From contig DEIN01000012.1 of NCBI GenBank assembly GCA_002352465.1, forward strand, positions 17,484-81,483: a stretch of 64,000 bases of DNA, in the 5' to 3' direction. Below are positions 1-9,108 of this stretch, piece after piece. The translations under genes and the position numbers were made by a program. Position 1 is the first letter of the stretch. Every line of letters begins with the position of its first letter. Below the pieces are notes generated by a model. The model was not told where the DNA came from. It was given only the letters and a program-made list of their open reading frames with translations, and made no database searches. This stretch comes from Patescibacteria group bacterium UBA2773 (GTDB taxonomy: Bacteria > Patescibacteriota > Minisyncoccia > Moranbacterales > DUUL01).

Positions 1-61
1 TAAGTCATTGAAAATTTATTATAAATTATAAATTGATTTATTGTAAATTTGAAGATAAATT

Positions 62-979
62 ATGAAAAAAACTATTTTATATTCTAGCTTAAAGCAACAA
101 AGACTAGACAAACACGTTTGTTCTTTTTTTCCCGACATTTCCCGTCGATTTTTTCAAATTGCCATCAAAGATGGTCAAATCAAAGTTAACAAAAAAACGG
201 TCACTCCTAGCTATAGATTAAAGCCAAAAGACCAAATCGAGATTGATATAAAAAAAACACCCAACCTTGAAATTAAAGTTTTACCAGAAAAAAATATTAA
301 ATTTGAAATTATTTTTGAAAACGCAGAATTTTTGATTATCAATAAACCCGCTGGTATTAGCGTTCATCTTTGCGAAAATGAAACTACCGGAACTTTAGTT
401 AATGGTTTATTGGCAAGATTTCCTAAAATTGAAAAGATCGGCGAAGATCAATTGCGCCCTGGGGTTGTTCATCGACTCGACAAAGAAACCTCTGGTCTAC
501 TAATTATCCCCAAAACCCAAACTGCCTTTCAATATTTCAAAACTCTTTTTAAAAATCGCCAAATTCAAAAAACTTATTTGGCTTGGGCTTGGGGAATTCT
601 CAAAAATAAAACTGGTGAAATCAAAGACTTCACTGGCAAATCCAGTCAAAATCCGACCAAGCAAGCCGTCAGTCACAATCCTGAAAAACTTATTAATCCC
701 AAAAAAGCCTTAACTTATTATAAAGTCATTCGAGAATTAAAAGATCGTTCTCTGATTGAGTTAGAACTAAAAACTGGCCGAAAACATCAACTTCGTCTTC
801 ACCTTCACTCAATTGGACATCCTATTTTAGGCGACAAAAAATATTTTAATAAAACTATTAGAAAAGCCAATCAACCATTCAATCGTCATCTTCTCCACGC
901 CGGAAAAATTGAGTTTGAATATTCAAATGGAGAAAAATTTTGCTTTGAAGTTGCTCCGCCAAAAGATTTCAAATTTTAA
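62..979 (+). CDS. rluD: RluA-family 23S rRNA pseudouridine synthase (RluD-like), with N-terminal S4 domain
   Basis: Conserved catalytic motif HRLDKETSGLL and an S4-like N-terminus; 305 aa, typical length. Confidence 0.85.
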   Translation: MKKTILYSSLKQQRLDKHVCSFFPDISRRFFQIAIKDGQIKVNKKTVTPSYRLKPKDQIEIDIKKTPNLEIKVLPEKNIKFEIIFENAEFLIINKPAGISVHLCENETTGTLVNGLLARFPKIEKIGEDQLRPGVVHRLDKETSGLLIIPKTQTAFQYFKTLFKNRQIQKTYLAWAWGILKNKTGEIKDFTGKSSQNPTKQAVSHNPEKLINPKKALTYYKVIRELKDRSLIELELKTGRKHQLRLHLHSIGHPILGDKKYFNKTIRKANQPFNRHLLHAGKIEFEYSNGEKFCFEVAPPKDFKF

Positions 980-1187
980 CCATATATATTTTAAAAATAA
1001 ATTTTATAATTTTTAATTTTGCCTACTGGCCGGTAAACGTTTTCAAAACGTTTTATTTAAAAAATTTAAAAATTTTAATTTAGAATTTATTTAAAAATTA
1101 CAAAATTAGAATCAATCTATACAGATTTCTAATTCTAAACTATAGTAAAGAAACAAACATTAATAATAAAATATTTAAAAAATAAAA

Positions 1188-2831
1188 ATGAATAAATTTT
1201 TAGAGAATTTTCAAGCTAAGAAATTTTGGTTTTTTTTCGCGTTAATTGCAATTTTGGCTTTCGGCTCGTTGATTAGATTATGGAATTTAGATACCAATCC
1301 TCCAGGGCTTCAATATGACGAAGCCTATAACGGCCTAGACGCCATTAAGGCTTTCGAAAATAATGATTATAAAGTTTTTTATACTGAAAATAATGGTCGG
1401 GAAGGTTTATACATCAATACTATTGCCCTTTCTTTAAAATTTCTAGGAGTCAATAACTTTTCCGTTCGTTTAGCTAGCGCTCTTTTCGGAATTTTTACTT
1501 TACTTGGTTTTTATTTCTTATTAAAAGAATTGAAATTTTCCAAACTATCAATTTTAATGGGAGTTTTCATGCTAACTACTTCTTTTTGGCACCTGAATTT
1601 TTCTCACACTGTCTACCGCGCTATTATGGTTCCCTTTCTTTTAGTTTGGTTATTTTATTTTTTCTTTAAAGGCATTCGAAAACAAAATAATTGGCTTTTA
1701 GCTTTAGCAGGAATTTTATTAGGAATTGGTTTTCATACCTACATTTCTTTCCGTGTCGCTCCTCTAATTTTAGTTTTATTAATGCCTTTCTTCTTGTTTT
1801 ATAAAACTAAATTTTTTAAAAAATATTGGCTCGGAGCTTTAATTTTTATTACAACCGCTCTAATGGCCGCTGGCCCACTCCTTTTTTATTTCTATCAACA
1901 TACCGATGACTTAGTCGGCCGAAGCAACGCTGTTTCTGTTTTCAACGCACCCAACCTCTCTTTCCCGCAAGCCCTAACGAAAAGCACATTAGCCCACATC
2001 AACGCTTTTTATTTCTACGGTGACCCCAACCAACGGCATAATCACGCCGGTTCTCCCTTGATTCCACCCGCTTGGACTGTTTTATTTACTATCGGTTTTG
2101 CCTTCAGTATTAAAGATATTGTAATTCATTTATTTCATTACAAAAAAAAGAAAATTCTAGACCCCTTATTTCGAATTTCCCTTCTAGCTCAAGGAATTTT
2201 TTGGGTAATGCTAATTCCTGGCATTTTAAGCATTGAAGGCATTCCTCATTCTCTCAGGATAATCGGAGTCATTCCGGCCGTAATGATTTTTATGATAATT
2301 CCGTTTGAATATATATTAAGACTTCGAGAAAATCTTCAAAAATCGACCAATTTCGAATTAAAACCTTGGCGATGGAAAATGCTCAATGTTTCTCTAGGTG
2401 GATTAATTGCTATTGTTTTTTTAGCGGGCTTAATGGAAACCTACACCTACCATTTCATTTGGAGTAAAGAAGCTAAAACTTTAGAAGCCTTTGAAGGCAA
2501 ATTATTTGACTTTGGAAAACTAGCCAAACAAACCAATTTAACGACTAATAATATTTTAATTATTCCAGACAATGTTCATATCGGAGATAACCATAGAAGC
2601 TCTGCTTTCAAAACCACTGCCTTTTCCGGCTATCCAGAAATCAAAGAATTTCGCTTTGAACACCCAATGGATGCCCTAAAGAATCTAAAAAATTGTCAAA
2701 ACAACAACTATCTTTTCTTTGAAGCCGATAAATGGTTGCTAAATCAATTCCAAATAATTTGTCCTAATCTCAAAGTTCAAAAAGAAAACTCCGCCCATGG
2801 CTACTATGAATTTTGGACGCTAAAAGATTAA
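1188..2831 (+). CDS. GT-C fold membrane glycosyltransferase (PMT/ArnT-like, protein O-mannosyltransferase/4-amino-arabinose transferase family)
   Basis: At least 10 predicted TM helices; first-loop motif LQYDEAYNG resembles the DE-containing catalytic loop of GT39/GT83 enzymes; 547 aa. Confidence 0.5.
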   Translation: MNKFLENFQAKKFWFFFALIAILAFGSLIRLWNLDTNPPGLQYDEAYNGLDAIKAFENNDYKVFYTENNGREGLYINTIALSLKFLGVNNFSVRLASALFGIFTLLGFYFLLKELKFSKLSILMGVFMLTTSFWHLNFSHTVYRAIMVPFLLVWLFYFFFKGIRKQNNWLLALAGILLGIGFHTYISFRVAPLILVLLMPFFLFYKTKFFKKYWLGALIFITTALMAAGPLLFYFYQHTDDLVGRSNAVSVFNAPNLSFPQALTKSTLAHINAFYFYGDPNQRHNHAGSPLIPPAWTVLFTIGFAFSIKDIVIHLFHYKKKKILDPLFRISLLAQGIFWVMLIPGILSIEGIPHSLRIIGVIPAVMIFMIIPFEYILRLRENLQKSTNFELKPWRWKMLNVSLGGLIAIVFLAGLMETYTYHFIWSKEAKTLEAFEGKLFDFGKLAKQTNLTTNNILIIPDNVHIGDNHRSSAFKTTAFSGYPEIKEFRFEHPMDALKNLKNCQNNNYLFFEADKWLLNQFQIICPNLKVQKENSAHGYYEFWTLKD

Positions 2832-3037
2832 AAACTTCTCATTTAAAAAATAAGTCCCTACTAAATAAAAAATTTCAAACTGTTTAATTGAAACTTTTTA
2901 TTTTACATTTTTTTTAAATTATCAACAACTAATGATTATGCGGAGTTAAAAAACGGATCTTCCCTTTCAATTTTCATCAAAACGCGCTAAGCTGAAAACT
3001 CAATATTTTTTTATTATTTAAACTTGTTGATCTATTT

Positions 3038-4489
3038 ATGTCTAAAAATGATGTGGCAGTTAAATTCAAAGAAGTTTCTTTTGAATACAGTTGGGATAAA
3101 GTCATTCTAAACGAAGCGTCTTTTTCTCTACGAAAAGGTTCTAAATTTACTTTAATGGGCCAGAATGGAGCTGGAAAAAGCACTTTGCTTAATATTATTA
3201 CTGGTTATTTGCAACCTAATGACGGAAAAATCTATCTTAATTCTGGCATGACCATTGCCTATGCTAAACAAGTTATTCCTCAAGACCAACTCGACTTAAC
3301 TTTACGAGAATTTTTCGAAAATTGTTTTTCTGAAAAATTTTATGACATTGATCGAAAAATTGAAGACATCTTAAAAATTGTTAATCTTAGAGCTGATTAC
3401 GATAAAAAAATCCGACTTTTTTCCGGTGGACAACAAGCTCGATTATTAATGGCCTCGGCGCTTATTCAAAATCCTGATCTTTTGATTCTCGATGAACCAA
3501 CCAACAATCTCGACCAAGAAGGGATTGACCACTTGACCGGTTTTTTAATGAACTATGAAAAAACTTGCATCGTCATTTCTCATGATGCTAACTTTTTAAA
3601 CTGCTTTACTGACGGAGTTCTTTATCTTGATATTTTTACTAAAAAAATTCATCAATATGTCGGAGATTACTACACAGTAGTAACTGAAATCGAAGAACAA
3701 ATAGAAAAAGATAAACGAAAAAATGCTCAATACGAAAAAGAGATTTTAGCCAACAAAGAAAAAGCCAATTTCTTTGCCAACAAAGGAGGTAAAATGCGAT
3801 TAGTAGCCAGAAAAATGCGATTAAAGGCCCAAGAAATGGAAGTTTCAAAAGTCAACGTTCGGCGAGAAGATCAAGCTATTCGAGACTTTGATATTCCAAT
3901 TCAAGAAGGCTTAAGCGGTGAAGTGATTAATATTTCCTCTTTGACCGTAATGAAAAATCACAAACCAACTGAAAAAAAAGTTCGAGTTTCTCTTAATAAA
4001 AATCGGCATTTATTACTCTCTGGTCCCAATGGCATCGGAAAAACTACTTTACTAGAATCACTGGCGAATGGAAAAGCCAAGGATGCTCAAATTTCCGAAG
4101 GAATTAAAATCGGCTATTATCGCCAAGATTTTTCCAATCTTGATTTTGAAAGCACCGTTTTTGACACTTTGCTCGAAGCGATGACCGAGAAAAAAGAAGA
4201 GCGTCTTCGAAGCGTGGCAGCTGGATTTTTGCTCACTCGAGAAATGGTTTATTCCAAAATTGTCGCTCTTTCTGAGGGTCAAAAAGGATTAGTAGCTTTT
4301 GCTCGTTTGATGTTAGAAGAACCTGGCTTGTTAATTCTTGATGAACCAACCAATCACATCAATTTCCGTCACCTGCCAGTTATTGCTAAAGCCCTAGACA
4401 ACTACAAAGGCGCTATGATTTTAGTTAGCCACACCCCCGAATTTGTAGAACAAATTCGAATTGACGAAACCCTCGACCTAGCCAATTAA
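3038..4489 (+). CDS. ABC-F family ATPase (two tandem ABC nucleotide-binding domains, no TM domain)
   Basis: Two Walker A motifs (GQNGAGKST; GPNGIGKTT), two ABC signatures (FSGGQQARL; LSEGQKGLV) and two Walker B motifs (LILDEPTN) separated by a charged linker. Confidence 0.8.
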   Translation: MSKNDVAVKFKEVSFEYSWDKVILNEASFSLRKGSKFTLMGQNGAGKSTLLNIITGYLQPNDGKIYLNSGMTIAYAKQVIPQDQLDLTLREFFENCFSEKFYDIDRKIEDILKIVNLRADYDKKIRLFSGGQQARLLMASALIQNPDLLILDEPTNNLDQEGIDHLTGFLMNYEKTCIVISHDANFLNCFTDGVLYLDIFTKKIHQYVGDYYTVVTEIEEQIEKDKRKNAQYEKEILANKEKANFFANKGGKMRLVARKMRLKAQEMEVSKVNVRREDQAIRDFDIPIQEGLSGEVINISSLTVMKNHKPTEKKVRVSLNKNRHLLLSGPNGIGKTTLLESLANGKAKDAQISEGIKIGYYRQDFSNLDFESTVFDTLLEAMTEKKEERLRSVAAGFLLTREMVYSKIVALSEGQKGLVAFARLMLEEPGLLILDEPTNHINFRHLPVIAKALDNYKGAMILVSHTPEFVEQIRIDETLDLAN

Positions 4490-4514
4490 TTTTTCTTCAA
4501 GCAATAAATTTCAA

Positions 4515-4552
4515 AAAAATCTCCAAAGGTTCAACCTCTAGAGATTTTTATT
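4515..4552 (+). terminator. Intrinsic terminator-like hairpin after the ABC-F gene
   Basis: AAAAATCTC...GAGATTTTT 9-bp inverted repeat with an inner AGG/CCT stem, followed by a T-run. Confidence 0.5.
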
Positions 4553-5111
4553 AAAGTTCCTGCTTCCCACTGAGACCGAGTAGTAATAATCTGAGATTCT
4601 GGGGCACCTAGAGATTTTGGAGTAATTGAATAAACAATCACTAAAAGTATTACAAATTTAGCAGTTCGAAAAGAAAAACTTTTTAAGATACTAATACTTC
4701 TATTTAAAAATCGACTACAAAAATCTATAAAAATTGACAATACTTTAAAGCAAAAATATCCTTTGCCAAGCATTTTTCTTTTTAATTGTTTTTCTTTTTT
4801 CAATTTATTTTTTTTCTTTTAATTTCACAATCAAGACAAACCGAAAAAACTCTTTTCTCAAAAGTTTGCTTTTTCCTTTTTTTCTTAAGAATCCAATCCA
4901 AAAAAGACTTTTTTTCTTTTGTTTCTAAAAGATTTTTCTTCAATTTATTTTTATTTTTTAATTTCATTCTTAGAATATATTTGAAAAATATTTTTTCAAA
5001 ATATCGTTAAAATTATCCAATCAAATTATACCATTTTTATTAAAAATATCAAACGGAAGAATAACCTTAAAACAGTTCTTTTTAAAATCAAAAACATCAT
5101 CTAATTACCAA

Positions 5112-5145
5112 ATAAAAAAACGCATTAAACACTAATACGTTTTTA
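5112..5145 (-). terminator. Intrinsic terminator downstream of the DEAD-box helicase (palindromic, could act in both directions)
   Basis: ACGCATTA-aacac-TAATACGT stem (one G-U pair in the RNA) flanked by an A7 run on one side and T5 on the other. Confidence 0.5.
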
Positions 5146-5163
5146 AAAAAATTTCTATTAAAT

Positions 5164-6366
5164 TTAACCAACAAAAGTCAGGGCAATTCCAGCCTTATCG
5201 GCTCGTCCAGTTCGACCAATTCGATGAACATAATCATCATAAGTCGCTGGGATATCAAAATTAATCACATGACTTACATTTGGAATATCCAAACCTCGAG
5301 CCGCCACATCAGTCGCCACCAAAATATCAATTGAATTTCGTTTAAAATTTTGCAGTACTCTTTGTCTTTTGTTGTGAGGTTTGTTGCCATGAATAGCATC
5401 TGATTTTAAACCTTTTTGTTGTAATTTTTTCGAAAGCTTATCGGCCCCATGCTTAGTTCGAGAAAACACCAATACTTTTTCAAATTGAGTTTGAATAAGA
5501 AGTTTATAAAGAACTTCAATTTTATCTTCGTTCTTAATTCTGATAATATCCTGGTCAATTTGATTAGAAGTTTCTCTAGTTTTTAATGAAATCCGCTCTG
5601 GATTTTTCAAAAAATCTTTCACTAACTTTTCAATCTCTCGAGAAAAAGTAGCCGAGAATAACATTGTTTGTCGTTCTTTTTTTAACAAAGCCAAAAGTTG
5701 CTTGACATCATTGATAAATCCCATATCCAACATTCGATCGGCTTCATCTAAAACAACATTATTGAATTTTGATAAATCAAGAGTTTTCCGAGAAATTAAA
5801 TCCTTTAATCTTCCTGGCGTTCCAATTACCAAGTTATGACGTCTTCGTAATTCTCGAACTTGTCCGTGAATATTAGCTCCGCCGACAACCACCACTGAAT
5901 AAATCCCCATCTTTTGAGCCAAAGCTCTAAATTCTTCTTGAATTTGAATTGCCAATTCCCTAACTGGCACCACAATTAAAACCTTTTCTTGAGGATTATT
6001 CAAAATTTTATTCAACAGTGGAATTAAAAAAGCCGCTGTTTTTCCGGTTCCAGTATTAGCTAATCCAATTACATCTTTTCCAGCTAAAACAACTGGAATA
6101 GCTTTTTCTTGAATTGGAGTTGGGTCAACAAATCCCCGACTTTTAATTGCCTGTTTTAATTTATAATCAATTTCTAAATCGTCAAAAGAATACTGAGGTT
6201 TGAAAACTTCAGCGGGCTTTATTGGTTCAGCTTTATTAATGAAACGATTGACATTAATTGAATCACCCGAAAAACCTCGTTTTCCGCCAAAACGTGAACT
6301 GCCTCTAGCCTTTTTTTTCCAACCATTATTAGCACGTAGTTGTCGCGTTTTTCCATTATTATACAT
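5164..6366 (-). CDS. DEAD-box ATP-dependent RNA helicase with Arg/Gly-rich basic N-terminal extension
   Basis: Q-motif region, Walker A TGTGKTAAF, DEAD box VVLDEADRM, SAT and HRIGRTGRA motifs. Confidence 0.9.
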   Translation of the reverse strand: MYNNGKTRQLRANNGWKKKARGSSRFGGKRGFSGDSINVNRFINKAEPIKPAEVFKPQYSFDDLEIDYKLKQAIKSRGFVDPTPIQEKAIPVVLAGKDVIGLANTGTGKTAAFLIPLLNKILNNPQEKVLIVVPVRELAIQIQEEFRALAQKMGIYSVVVVGGANIHGQVRELRRRHNLVIGTPGRLKDLISRKTLDLSKFNNVVLDEADRMLDMGFINDVKQLLALLKKERQTMLFSATFSREIEKLVKDFLKNPERISLKTRETSNQIDQDIIRIKNEDKIEVLYKLLIQTQFEKVLVFSRTKHGADKLSKKLQQKGLKSDAIHGNKPHNKRQRVLQNFKRNSIDILVATDVAARGLDIPNVSHVINFDIPATYDDYVHRIGRTGRADKAGIALTFVG

Positions 6367-6584
6367 TGTGTATCTAACATAAAAATTAAATTCTTTTTAT
6401 GTTTAGATACTCAATTACACAATCAGAAGTATTAACATAAAAAATAATAATACAATTTTATTTAAGTTTTGTCAAGAGAAGTTCTCTTCTTTTTGCTTTT
6501 TAAAGGCAAATTTTAAAAAATAATCAAGCACCCAAAGACTCAAAAACCTTAGCTAATTTTTAAATCTTTATCAACAAAACAAAA

Positions 6585-6800
6585 TTAAATTTCAATTTTA
6601 AATTTAGTAAATTTTTTAATTTTTCCCGCTACCACCAAAGCCCCAATTCCTCCAATAATTAACAACATTCCTACTAAAATTCCCAGCAAATCAGGATAAA
6701 TAACAATTAAAATTCCGGTCAAAATTGACAAAAATCCTTCCAGTAAAATCATCCAAAAAATATTTTGCATAAACTTAAACACAAATTCAACTTTGCTCAT
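6585..6800 (-). CDS. Small two-TM membrane protein (hypothetical)
   Basis: 71 aa with two hydrophobic helices and GxxxG-like repeats; no recognisable family. Confidence 0.3.
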   Translation of the reverse strand: MSKVEFVFKFMQNIFWMILLEGFLSILTGILIVIYPDLLGILVGMLLIIGGIGALVVAGKIKKFTKFKIEI

Positions 6801-6939
6801 TTTTTTAATTAATTTTTATATTTAACCTTTATTTTTATTTTACACTCTTTACCTATTATCTCCAAATAAAAAACTTTTTTATTTTCCAAAAAATGTTATA
6901 GTTTGAATAAATCTTTAGATTATTTTTAAAAACAAAAAA

Positions 6940-7140
6940 ATGGAAGAATTAATTCAAAAATTAGAACAGCAAGAACAACAACTCAACGAAATTCACGCCA
7001 CCGTCAAAAAATTAAAAAAATATTTTCTAACCACTATTATTATTTCTATTCTAACCTTTTTATTACCTTTGATTGGAGTAGTCGTCTCTTTACCTTGGAT
7101 CATCAAAACCCTCACCGCTTCTATGCAGAGTTTGTTATAA
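6940..7140 (+). CDS. Small protein with coiled-coil N-terminus and C-terminal TM helix (hypothetical)
   Basis: 66 aa; charged helical N-terminus and one TM segment; a possible terminator hairpin follows at about 7159-7200. Confidence 0.3.
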   Translation: MEELIQKLEQQEQQLNEIHATVKKLKKYFLTTIIISILTFLLPLIGVVVSLPWIIKTLTASMQSLL

Positions 7141-7267
7141 GAAATTTCAACCAAGCAAAAAGATCGGAAATTTTTATTAAAATCACCGGTCTTTTTAATT
7201 TAAAGAATCCTAGTATTTTTTATTAAAACCTGCTATAATAGATTAACTTAATTATTAACTAAAAATT

Positions 7268-7834
7268 ATGAACCAAACAATTATCAATCTAGCCAAAGCT
7301 TTTGTTGGTGAATCTCAAGCTAGAAATCGTTATACTTTTTACGCCAAAATTGCCAAAAAAGAAGGTTATGAAGAAATTTCAGCCAATTTTGAATTAACCG
7401 CCACCCAAGAAAACGAACACGCCAAATGGTTAATGCGATTAATCAATGACTTAAAAGAAAATAATGAGGATCTAAAAATTGAAACTGAAATTCCGACTAC
7501 ACTTGGCACTACTCAAGAGAATTTAAAATCTGCCATCGCTGGAGAAAATCACGAACACAGTTCAATGTATCCTAAATTTGCCGACACCGCCGAAAAAGAA
7601 AGCTTGCCAGAAATAGCTAATCGACTACGATCCATTGCTAAAGCCGAAGCTAATCACGAAAAACGTTTCAAAAAATTTCTATCAAATTTAGAAAATAACT
7701 CCGTTTTCAAAAAAGATATTGAGGCTGAGTGGCAATGTCGAAAATGCGGTTATATTCACACCAGCAAAGAAGCTATCGAAAAATGTCCTTCTTGCGGTCA
7801 TCCTCAAGCTTATTTTGAAGCAATTAGTAAGTAA
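7268..7834 (+). CDS. rbr: Rubrerythrin (ferritin-like diiron domain plus C-terminal rubredoxin-like CxxC...CxxC domain)
   Basis: E...EH diiron ligand pattern and C-terminal CRKCGYIH...CPSCGHP. Confidence 0.85.
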   Translation: MNQTIINLAKAFVGESQARNRYTFYAKIAKKEGYEEISANFELTATQENEHAKWLMRLINDLKENNEDLKIETEIPTTLGTTQENLKSAIAGENHEHSSMYPKFADTAEKESLPEIANRLRSIAKAEANHEKRFKKFLSNLENNSVFKKDIEAEWQCRKCGYIHTSKEAIEKCPSCGHPQAYFEAISK

Positions 7835-7854
7835 TCGATTACGTAATCAATTAC
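7831..7854. promoter_or_regulatory. Tandem 12-mer palindrome GTAATCGATTAC GTAATCAATTAC in the rbr-dfx intergenic region (candidate operator)
   Basis: Seen directly; the first copy is a perfect palindrome overlapping the rbr stop codon; the second differs by one base. Confidence 0.3.
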
Positions 7855-7881
7855 GGACTTTTTAAAAAATAAACTAAAAAA

Positions 7882-8286
7882 ATGACCGAAAAAAATCAAA
7901 TTTACAAATGTAATATTTGCGGTAATATTATTGAAATTTTGCATACTGGAGCGGGAGAATTAGTCTGCTGTGGCGAACCTATGAATTTATTAGAAGAAAA
8001 AAATCAAGAAAAAGGACAAGAAAAACATTTACCCGTAATAGAAAAATTACCAGAAAATGTTTGCAAGGGAAGCGACGGCTATAAGATAAAAGTAGGAGAA
8101 ATTGCTCATCCGATGGAAGAAAACCATTTCATCGAATGGATTGAAATTCAAACCGAAGACGGTAAAATTGGGAAAAAATATCTAAAACCTGGAAATACCA
8201 CCGAAGCTGAATTCTACACCAAAAAAGAAATTCTTGAAATCAGAATCTATTGCAACATTCACGGCCTTTGGAAGATCACTCTTTAA
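7882..8286 (+). CDS. dfx: Desulfoferrodoxin-type superoxide reductase (2Fe-SOR)
   Basis: N-terminal desulforedoxin-like CxxC...CC motif (CNICGNIIE...LVCCGEPM) plus a C-terminal neelaredoxin-like domain with His/Cys ligands; 134 aa. Confidence 0.85.
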   Translation: MTEKNQIYKCNICGNIIEILHTGAGELVCCGEPMNLLEEKNQEKGQEKHLPVIEKLPENVCKGSDGYKIKVGEIAHPMEENHFIEWIEIQTEDGKIGKKYLKPGNTTEAEFYTKKEILEIRIYCNIHGLWKITL

Positions 8287-8320
8287 AAATCAGAAACCAG
8301 CAGTCTCTATCAAATAAATT

Positions 8321-8349
8321 AAAAACACCTCTCGAGGTGTTTTTAATTT
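8321..8349 (+). terminator. Intrinsic terminator after dfx
   Basis: AAAAACACCTC-tcga-GAGGTGTTTTT perfect palindrome followed by a T-run. Confidence 0.6.
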
Positions 8350-8383
8350 TATGGATTTTTAACTTTATAAACTAATCATAACT

Positions 8384-8408
8384 AAAATCACCATGAATTG
8401 GTGATTTT
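8384..8408 (-). terminator. Second palindromic terminator in the convergent intergenic region (likely serves minus-strand gene 8473..8970)
   Basis: AAAATCACCA-tgaat-TGGTGATTTT perfect 10-bp inverted repeat. Confidence 0.5.
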
Positions 8409-8472
8409 TAGTTAGAAGTTTTAATTTCGACTTTTATTTAAAATTTCCTATTCTATAATTCATTTTATTCCC

Positions 8473-8970
8473 TTATCCCGCTCTTCGACCTAAGCCAATT
8501 AATGTCGCGTCAATTCCATTGTCTTCAGCCCATTGTTTCATTTCTTCTCGATAATTTTCCATTTTTTCTCGTCTAGCTTCTCGCTTTTCGCTCCAACCAT
8601 AAACCTCTTCATTAATTTTATTTTGCATTTCCACTCTCTTGGCTAAAACCAAAGTTCTTTGATCGCTGGTAATTTTTCCATCCGTCACCGCTTGATTCAA
8701 CTTTTCTTCTAATTTAATTTTCATTTCAGCTTGTTTTTCTGCTTGATTTTCCAATTGGTGTTGCTTTAAAACTTTTTCAACTTCCTTTTCATCAAGATTA
8801 AATTTACTAGATAACATTTCAACCAAGCCTTCTCGGCTTCCTAGATTTGAACTAGCCATCGTCACACTAGCACCATAAAGTCCTGTCAATAAACAAATAC
8901 TAGCCGCAGCGATCATCAACTTATTTTTAGTTTCAGCTTTAATAATAATTTTTTGTTTCTTTTTTTTCAT
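8473..8970 (-). CDS. Secreted or membrane-anchored coiled-coil protein (hypothetical)
   Basis: N-terminal Lys-rich segment plus a hydrophobic signal/anchor; charged helical remainder. Confidence 0.4.
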   Translation of the reverse strand: MKKKKQKIIIKAETKNKLMIAAASICLLTGLYGASVTMASSNLGSREGLVEMLSSKFNLDEKEVEKVLKQHQLENQAEKQAEMKIKLEEKLNQAVTDGKITSDQRTLVLAKRVEMQNKINEEVYGWSEKREARREKMENYREEMKQWAEDNGIDATLIGLGRRAG

Positions 8971-9056
8971 CTTAAATTTTTATTTATTAAACCCTCGTTT
9001 AACTTTCACTAATAATATACGTTCACAAGATTAAAAGTTTGCAAAAAATATTAACT

Positions 9057-9084
9057 AAAAAAATCCTAATTAAAGGATTTTTTT
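9057..9084 (-). terminator. Palindromic intrinsic terminator downstream of typA
   Basis: AAAAAATCCT-aattaa-AGGATTTTTTT. Confidence 0.55.
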
Positions 9085-9108
9085 AGTTTCTATCAAATTC
9101 TAACAATT

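Noticed and set aside
4531-5010. ORFs 4531..4803 (-) and 4786..5010 (+) from the six-frame track
   Set aside because: Both lie in the low-complexity T/C-rich spacer. Their translations are Phe/Leu/Ser homopolymer-like with no start context, so they are most likely non-coding.
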